This document shows positions 48,043-53,276 of a DNA stretch of 53,276 nt, piece after piece. Location: the IMG/VR virus record IMGVR_UViG_3300041809_003414, positions 1 through 53,276 of that record; one strand, 5' to 3'. Source of the stretch: a virus. Its lineage: Duplodnaviria > Caudoviricetes. A program made the translations under genes and the position numbers. How positions within the stretch are numbered: position 1 is the stretch's first letter; each line of letters opens with the position of its first letter. The notes under the pieces are model-generated. The model was not told the DNA's origin. It saw nothing but the letters and a program-made list of their open reading frames with translations, and did no database searches.

Positions 48043-48258
48043 TTAACTCTCCTCCCTTCCGACAGCCTGCTCGGCCCGCATGAGTTTGCGTTCCGATTCA
48101 AGCGCCAACTGGACAGCGCGCGACTTCACCCGTCCGTTCTTTACCATCGAAACCAGAGCTTTGCTCTTACCGAGCCGCTTCGCCACCCTAGTAACCAACC
48201 CGAAGTAACGTGTGACCGGCCTTTTTATGATTTCTGTAATGCAATCTGAATTTTGCAT
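48043..48258 (-). CDS. Cro-like HTH protein
   Basis: VTRVAKRLGKSKALVSMVKNG HTH; first gene after a consensus promoter; start 48258 or 48291. Confidence 0.7.
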   Translation of the reverse strand: MQNSDCITEIIKRPVTRYFGLVTRVAKRLGKSKALVSMVKNGRVKSRAVQLALESERKLMRAEQAVGREES

Positions 48259-48316
48259 GACCCGATTGAAGACCCTGAATTTACGTCCCATTACTGCTGT
48301 TACTTCACAGTTACAA

Positions 48317-48344
48317 ATTATAAGCATTGCAGTCATGATGTCAA
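48317..48344 (-). promoter_or_regulatory. Sigma-70 consensus early promoter
   Basis: TTGACA-16 nt-TATAAT on the minus strand. Confidence 0.8.
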
Positions 48345-48355
48345 CCTGTTAAGCT
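48327..48355 (+). promoter_or_regulatory. Divergent repressor promoter
   Basis: TTGCAG-17 nt-TAAGCT with extended TGn, 10 nt before ATG 48366. Confidence 0.55.
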
Positions 48356-48365
48356 GAACACTTGC

Positions 48366-48758
48366 ATGCAAGTGATTGAACCAAAGATCAAAAATGTTGT
48401 CGTTCGAATTCCCGAAGATCTGCATCTGCCGCTTCGCAAAAAGATCGCCGAGATTGATACCTCTTTCCAGGAGGTAATTCTGGAGTCCCTGGTTGGCTGG
48501 CTGCACGCCAAAGATTCGACAGCGACCAAGAGGTGGCTTGCAAGAGTGGAGGAGACCGCCCGCAACGCCTGCCAGTTGCCGCCCGAGTTGACGCCCGAGA
48601 ACCGCGAGGAAAAGGAGTTTGTTGCTGGTCTGCTGGCGTTCCTTCGCGATCCCGAGCGACCCTTCCGGAAAGAGATGCAAAGGTTGCTGAAAAGCATGTT
48701 CGAGATCGATTCCAAGCGAGCCTTCCCGAATACGAAAAAAAGACGAAAAATCATTTGA
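48366..48758 (+). CDS. Putative repressor with N-terminal ribbon-helix-helix domain
   Basis: KNVVVRIPEDLHLPLRKKIAE..TSFQEVI RHH pattern; divergent from the Cro-like gene. Confidence 0.7.
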   Translation: MQVIEPKIKNVVVRIPEDLHLPLRKKIAEIDTSFQEVILESLVGWLHAKDSTATKRWLARVEETARNACQLPPELTPENREEKEFVAGLLAFLRDPERPFRKEMQRLLKSMFEIDSKRAFPNTKKRRKII

Positions 48759-48809
48759 TCTATAATTTGTTTTGGGATATTCTAGTCCGGTATTCCTAAA
48801 ACGACTTCG

Positions 48810-49247
48810 ATGCTGTCTGTCCCGGTTCTCCCCGCTCGTGACCCCCGTCCGATCACAGACGAGCGCCTCGCTCAGGCTTACGCTGCCGAGGAACTCCTCG
48901 AAACACTCCTGGACGACCTGCACCAGGACATGCAAAATGGAGCTGCGATGCTGGCATGCGACTACCAGATCCCGGAGCGCCTTCGTCCACACAGTTCGCT
49001 GCCGCGCGCCGGAGGACGTGACCGGCGCCGCAAGATCTTGCAGTTTCCGCGTATTCGCGATCCGGAGCCGATCACAGACGCGCGCCTGGAGCAGGCGTTC
49101 GCAGCGGAGAGGCTGCTGGATGCCATCCTGGAGGATCTGTTCCAGGACCTCGTCTTGGGCGCAGCAGTGGTCTCGCGCAGTTACCAGCTCCGGTGGCTGC
49201 ACAAACGACCCAGTGCGATCCGTCTCGCGCGATGTGCGACTGGTTAG
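48810..49247 (+). CDS. Hypothetical protein with internal duplication
   Basis: Two ~45 aa repeats beginning RDPRPITDERL / RDPEPITDARL. Confidence 0.6.
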   Translation: MLSVPVLPARDPRPITDERLAQAYAAEELLETLLDDLHQDMQNGAAMLACDYQIPERLRPHSSLPRAGGRDRRRKILQFPRIRDPEPITDARLEQAFAAERLLDAILEDLFQDLVLGAAVVSRSYQLRWLHKRPSAIRLARCATG

Positions 49248-49654
49248 CATCGGCATTCCTGGCGTAATTTTCGCCACTCAAGCCGCTGCCGGTCCCATAG
49301 CGGCTGGCAGGCGATCTTTCGTAATTTGGTTTCCGTGAGCGGGAATCTGCCGGGTGAAGCCTTCGGCAGGAATAGAATCTCCTCCTGAATATCGGGCGCG
49401 AGGTTGGCAAGGTTCATGATCTGACTCATGCGCGCCCGGGTAATATATCCGGCCCTCGCAAGTTCGGCGTAGTCCCGCACCTCGCCGCTTTCAACTAGAT
49501 CGAGGCACTTGATGGCAAGTGCCATTAGGCGGGCCAAGTGGGGTATGCAACCGGAGGACGGCAGGAGTTGGGAAGCGATCGGCGCGCCCGAGCGCAACGG
49601 AGTGTCGAGTTCGAATTCCACGTCGATCGTGCCGGCAAATTCGCTGCGATTCAT
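49244..49654 (-). CDS. Recombinase-associated HTH protein
   Basis: ARLMALA...ESGEVRDYAELAR...TRARMSQIMNL.NLAPDIQE motif; abuts the recombinase stop. Confidence 0.75.
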   Translation of the reverse strand: MNRSEFAGTIDVEFELDTPLRSGAPIASQLLPSSGCIPHLARLMALAIKCLDLVESGEVRDYAELARAGYITRARMSQIMNLANLAPDIQEEILFLPKASPGRFPLTETKLRKIACQPLWDRQRLEWRKLRQECRC

Positions 49655-51241
49655 CTACCCCTCCATCTCCGCGCCTCGGCAAATACGCCGAATGCCCGCG
49701 CTCCGGAAGCTGACGGTAACTTTGTTCGTTTTGCCGTCGTAGGCGACACACTCGATCAGGCCGTGGACGATTCGCGCCTGTTCGCGCGATGTTAGCGACT
49801 CCCAGACCGGACCGAATTCGACCAGGGCTGCCCGGAAGTCATCCTCGTTGACGGCCTTGGATTCGAGGCCAGTAAGTTCCTGCTGAATCTCGCTCAACCG
49901 CCGCTCCGTCTGGCCGATCCGTTCCTGAAGATCTGCCATGCGGTCCGTTACCATCTGGTCGCGGCGGCCCACCAAGGGGACCAGTTTGCGCAGTTCAGCG
50001 CCCATTCCCGCTAGTTCCTTTTGCGTAAGCTGGCGCTCAGAGGTGAGGTCCGTGACCTGTCCGCGCCTCTGCTCCTCGGCCTTCGCAATCGCGCGGGCCG
50101 CGATTTGGGGATCGGAGCCGATCCGCCGGATCTGCTGCACAACCGCCGACTCGATTGCAGGCGCGGAGACCGACTTGGTCTCGCAGTTTTCCCATCCCCT
50201 TTGTTGGGCCTGCTCGCAAACGTAATATCGGTAGCGCCGCGAGCCCTTCGCCGTGTAGGTGTGAACCATTCCCGCATCACACGATGCGCACCGCAGGAGT
50301 CCTTTCAGGAGAGCACCGTAATTATTGCGAACCTCGACTCCGCCGCTGCGCCCGTTGCTCTGCAGGATCTTTTGCACCTTCTCCCAGGTCTCCGCGGCAA
50401 CGATGGCCTCGTGCTCACCGCCATACATCTGGCCCTTGTATTCCACCCTCCCGGTGTAAATTGGGTTCGTGAGCACCCGGTACAGCAGCCCCTTCGTGAA
50501 TGGCTTCCCGCCCTCGGTTTCGCCCCTTTTCGTAATCCACTGCTTGGTGCGCCAACCGCGGCGGTCGATTTCACGGACGACGGGCAGCATAGCGCGGTAA
50601 TCAAGGTAGAGGTTGTATATCGCCCTGACTTGGTGGGCTTCGTCCCCATTGATGGCAAGGCGGCCACCGCGAGGATCGATGTCATAGCCCAGCACGGGGT
50701 GTCCGCCAGTCCACTTGCCCTTTCGCCTGGCCGCCGACATCTTATCGCGGGTACGCTCGGCGATGATCTCGCGTTCGAACTGCGCGAAGGAGAGGAGGAT
50801 ATTGAGGGTGAGGCGCCCGAGCGAGTTAGTGGTGTTGAACTGCTGCGTGACGGATACGAAGCTGACATTATTCTTTTCGAATGTCTCAACGATGCGAGCG
50901 AAGTCGATCAATGACCGGCTCAGGCGATCCACCTTGTAGACCACCACGCAGTCGACCCCACCGGCGCGAATCTCCGTTAGGAGCCGCTGCAGCGCCGGCC
51001 GCTCCAAATTGCCGCCGCTGAATCCACCGTCGTCGTAGTGCTCGGGCAGGGTGACGAGGCCTTCCCCGCGCTGGCTAAGGATGTAGGCCTCCCCGGCTTC
51101 GCGCTGCGCATCCAGGGAATTGAAGTCCTGATCCAGACCCTCGTCGGTGGACTTTCGGGTGTAGATGGCGCAGCGGACTGTCTTGGCGGCGGCCGGCGCC
51201 GGCGCGTTGGTCGCGACCACTGCATTTCTACCGTTGCGCAA
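49655..51241 (-). CDS. Large serine recombinase (integrase)
   Basis: CAIYTRKS catalytic Ser, DGGFSGG.LERPAL, VYKVDRLSRS, recombinase domain, CxxC...RYYVC zinc ribbon, coiled coil. Confidence 0.96.
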   Translation of the reverse strand: MRNGRNAVVATNAPAPAAAKTVRCAIYTRKSTDEGLDQDFNSLDAQREAGEAYILSQRGEGLVTLPEHYDDGGFSGGNLERPALQRLLTEIRAGGVDCVVVYKVDRLSRSLIDFARIVETFEKNNVSFVSVTQQFNTTNSLGRLTLNILLSFAQFEREIIAERTRDKMSAARRKGKWTGGHPVLGYDIDPRGGRLAINGDEAHQVRAIYNLYLDYRAMLPVVREIDRRGWRTKQWITKRGETEGGKPFTKGLLYRVLTNPIYTGRVEYKGQMYGGEHEAIVAAETWEKVQKILQSNGRSGGVEVRNNYGALLKGLLRCASCDAGMVHTYTAKGSRRYRYYVCEQAQQRGWENCETKSVSAPAIESAVVQQIRRIGSDPQIAARAIAKAEEQRRGQVTDLTSERQLTQKELAGMGAELRKLVPLVGRRDQMVTDRMADLQERIGQTERRLSEIQQELTGLESKAVNEDDFRAALVEFGPVWESLTSREQARIVHGLIECVAYDGKTNKVTVSFRSAGIRRICRGAEMEG

Positions 51242-51740
51242 CGGAGGCCTCCTTGGATTGGGTTAAGCCCCAGAAGAGGAAGCCATTCCACTTCGTGCCA
51301 GTCACCGCCTGGGCGACAGCGCTGAGCGATTTGTAAAGCTTACCGTCGTAGTCGAAACCGTTCTCGCGGACCTCGACACTGATCCGACGGCCTTTGTAAT
51401 CCCGGCTGAGCATCGTGCCCGGCATCGGAAGCCGGGCGTCGATGCCCACCGACGCGGTCGCGGAATGACCGTGTTGACAGGCCGGTCTATCCTCCAGTGC
51501 ATCCTTTGGTGGGTGGATGCGAAGATCCGCATCGTTGGCCAGCTCCATCGCCCTGCGGTGGGCGCGCTCGCTCAATCCACCCTCGGCGAGGGTTTGTAGG
51601 CGCCAGGCGATGCGCTTGAAGAGGGCTTCCTTATGTTTCGAGCGAACCTCCTCGCCAAAGAGTTCCAGGTGTTTCCGCTGGAGCTGGGCGACGGTCATTT
51701 GCCGGAGGCCATCGATTTCGTTTTTCAGTGCGCGATTCAA
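51228..51740 (-). CDS. DUF2924 domain protein
   Basis: IAWRLQ..AEGGLS, PGT.L.R.YKG, Y.SLSAVA.AVTGTKWNGFLFWGL. Confidence 0.9.
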   Translation of the reverse strand: MNRALKNEIDGLRQMTVAQLQRKHLELFGEEVRSKHKEALFKRIAWRLQTLAEGGLSERAHRRAMELANDADLRIHPPKDALEDRPACQHGHSATASVGIDARLPMPGTMLSRDYKGRRISVEVRENGFDYDGKLYKSLSAVAQAVTGTKWNGFLFWGLTQSKEASVAQR

Positions 51741-51766
51741 GATCTATCTCCCTTTCTCGGGTGGCG

Positions 51767-51964
51767 CTAACTTACAGCACCATGAGGGCTCAATTCGGAC
51801 GCACTATCAAGTCCATCTCCGGTGTCCGGATGCGGCTCCGGCAGGGGAGTGACGCCGCCGGCATCTTGCAGGGTTCGGGCATTCCGCAGCCGCAAATATC
51901 CGGTAGCAAGAAGAGAAGCGATCTCGTCAATGACCGAGTCGGGCGGATCCTGTCGATACTCCAT
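51767..51964 (-). CDS. Small hypothetical protein preceding DUF2924
   Basis: EIASLLATGYLRL motif typical of this cassette; GGAG upstream. Confidence 0.5.
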   Translation of the reverse strand: MEYRQDPPDSVIDEIASLLATGYLRLRNARTLQDAGGVTPLPEPHPDTGDGLDSASELSPHGAVS

Positions 51965-51992
51965 TCCAATCTCCAATCGTGGAAGAACGGAA

Positions 51993-52162
51993 ACGGATTA
52001 TCGTTGGGGGAGCGGAGAGGAGGGAGGATTGGCGGCGCGGCTGCAGTGCGGGTTTACCTCTAACCGTCGCCTGGATTCCAGGCTCTCCGGCACCCACAAC
52101 GAAGTCCGCTTCGCGGTCGTCCAGTTGTCTGGTGGTCAGTGGAGCAGACTGTTAACTGCTCC
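51993..52162 (-). promoter_or_regulatory. Structured leader of integrase cassette with second copy of the RNA motif
   Basis: CACCAGA-N9-GACCGCGAAGCGGA shared with 47664..47693; 5' hairpin GGAGCAG/CTGCTCC; long-range pairing to 51993..52010. Confidence 0.65.
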
Positions 52163-52166
52163 TAAT

Positions 52167-52218
52167 GTTATATACCCCGCGAGGGGCCGAATTTTGAAAC
52201 GGTTTTCGAAAAATATTT
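52167..52218 (-). promoter_or_regulatory. Putative phage sigma factor-dependent promoter, copy 2
   Basis: 52-bp element closely matching 38156..38207. Confidence 0.65.
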
Positions 52219-52310
52219 TGAAAAGAGTTTCCTGTCCCCGCCGGGCCGCTTCCGTGTATTGAGATCGGAGGGAGATCAGAATTCTGCCGCGCTGTGCGGT
52301 GTCGAGTGAT

Positions 52311-53276
52311 ATGCTGAGCGGGTTGACGTTCGAATTCTACAGGTTCCGATTTCATTTCCGCTCCGCAGGAGCGCTGCATTTCCCTCCTTATAAATCCGGT
52401 AATATCGTGCGCGGCGCGTTCGGAGATCTATTTCGCAAAATCGTTTGCATGCCAAGCTGTCATGACGCCAAGACATGCGAGGTTCGCGCAACCTGCCCGT
52501 ACGCTCGCGTTTTTGAGCCGCAGGCGGCGCGGGGTGAAGGCCCAAGTGGGCTGGTGGACTGGCCGCGGCCGTTCGTGTTCCGCGCCGCTCACTTGGACGG
52601 GCGCACGATTCTGAATGGCGAAGCGTTCCACTTCGATGCCCATATCTTCGACGTGCGAGACCCGGCCCTGCCGTATTTCGTGCTTGCGTTTGCTCAATTA
52701 GCGCGGGACGGGCTAGGGCCGGGCAGAGGGCGCGCGGACCTCACCGCCGTGGATCAACTGGACCTGAATGGGGCAACTGCAGCGCGCGTTTTCAACGGCG
52801 AGCGCTTCCAAACGGCCAGTCTGTCAGGCCCCAGCGCCGTCGATCTCAGCGAGGCGACAGAGCACATAGGCAACATTAGAGTGCAATTCCTAACCCCGAC
52901 AGAACTGAAGAGCGGGCGCCAGGTGGCAGATCGTCCGGAATTCGGAATTCTGTTCGGTCGTTTGCGAGACCGAATCAGCGCGCTGCGGGCGCTATACGGC
53001 ACCGGACCTTTGGAGATCGACTTTCGCGCCCTGGGTGAGCGTGCGGCAAGGGTCCAGATGTTGCGGTGCGAGTTGAAGCGGATGGAAGTGGACCGGCGCT
53101 CTTCCAGGACGCAACAGCGCCATCCGCTGGGCGGCTTTGTGGGCGAGGCGGAGTACGAGGGAGATCTGGGTGAGTTCCTGCCCTATTTGTGGCTGGGACA
53201 GTGGGTGGGGGTCGGAAGGCAAACGGTCTGGGGTAAGGGGCATTTGGAGATCATCACGCCCATGGATGCGTCTTGA
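52311..53276 (+). CDS. cas6: CRISPR-associated endoribonuclease Cas6 (solitary in this window)
   Basis: VRGAFG, Cys cluster C...C..C...CPY..VFE, PRPFV, F.TP..L, GFVG...Y.G and C-terminal G-rich loop GVGRQTVWGKG. Confidence 0.9.
   Translation: MLSGLTFEFYRFRFHFRSAGALHFPPYKSGNIVRGAFGDLFRKIVCMPSCHDAKTCEVRATCPYARVFEPQAARGEGPSGLVDWPRPFVFRAAHLDGRTILNGEAFHFDAHIFDVRDPALPYFVLAFAQLARDGLGPGRGRADLTAVDQLDLNGATAARVFNGERFQTASLSGPSAVDLSEATEHIGNIRVQFLTPTELKSGRQVADRPEFGILFGRLRDRISALRALYGTGPLEIDFRALGERAARVQMLRCELKRMEVDRRSSRTQQRHPLGGFVGEAEYEGDLGEFLPYLWLGQWVGVGRQTVWGKGHLEIITPMDAS

Larger units (their letters stand above)
431..52218 (-). mobile_element. Temperate siphovirus-like prophage (lambda-type packaging, serine integrase); exact att ends not determined
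   Basis: Collinear integration, immunity, replication, packaging, head, non-contractile tail and lysis modules, mostly on the minus strand with many ATGA/GTGA overlaps; no sheath or baseplate genes. Confidence 0.93.

Noticed and set aside
48333-49277. 314-aa minus-strand ORF across the immunity region
   Set aside because: Antisense to two better-supported plus-strand genes (RHH motif, internal repeat)
45983-53276. Cas4-like nuclease plus Cas6 as a compact CRISPR-Cas system
   Set aside because: The nuclease sits in the standard exonuclease-Sak4-SSB recombination module; no array, cas1/2 or effector genes are visible

Overview
The window is an essentially complete temperate siphovirus-type prophage of about 52 kb, GC-rich, probably from an Acidobacteriota-like host (inference from small-protein families), with most genes on the minus strand. 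Reading right to left it carries: a DUF2924 / large serine recombinase integration cassette; a divergent switch with a ribbon-helix-helix repressor and a Cro-like HTH; a phage sigma-70-family factor; a PD-(D/E)XK nuclease, Sak4-like ATPase, DUF669, ERCC4, RecD2 and primase-VapE replication module followed by an iteron-type origin; lambda-like TerS/GpA with a cos-like region; two ParB-methyltransferases; gpW, portal, protease-capsid fusion and DUF2190; tail tube, -1 frameshifted chaperone, tape measure, tail tip and fibres; and a GH73 endolysin with two unusual envelope proteins. A solitary cas6 with no array lies divergently at the right edge. The most unusual items are (1) a bacterioferritin-derived gene with an altered ferroxidase centre tightly embedded between portal and capsid genes, (2) a repeated structured RNA leader motif that forms a terminator / antiterminator / RBS switch in front of the phage sigma factor and recurs in the integrase leader, next to a small tandem-domain candidate RNA-binding protein, and (3) a duplicated 52-bp promoter-like element in front of both the late operon and the recombinase cassette. 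All family assignments come from motif recognition by eye; no searches were run.
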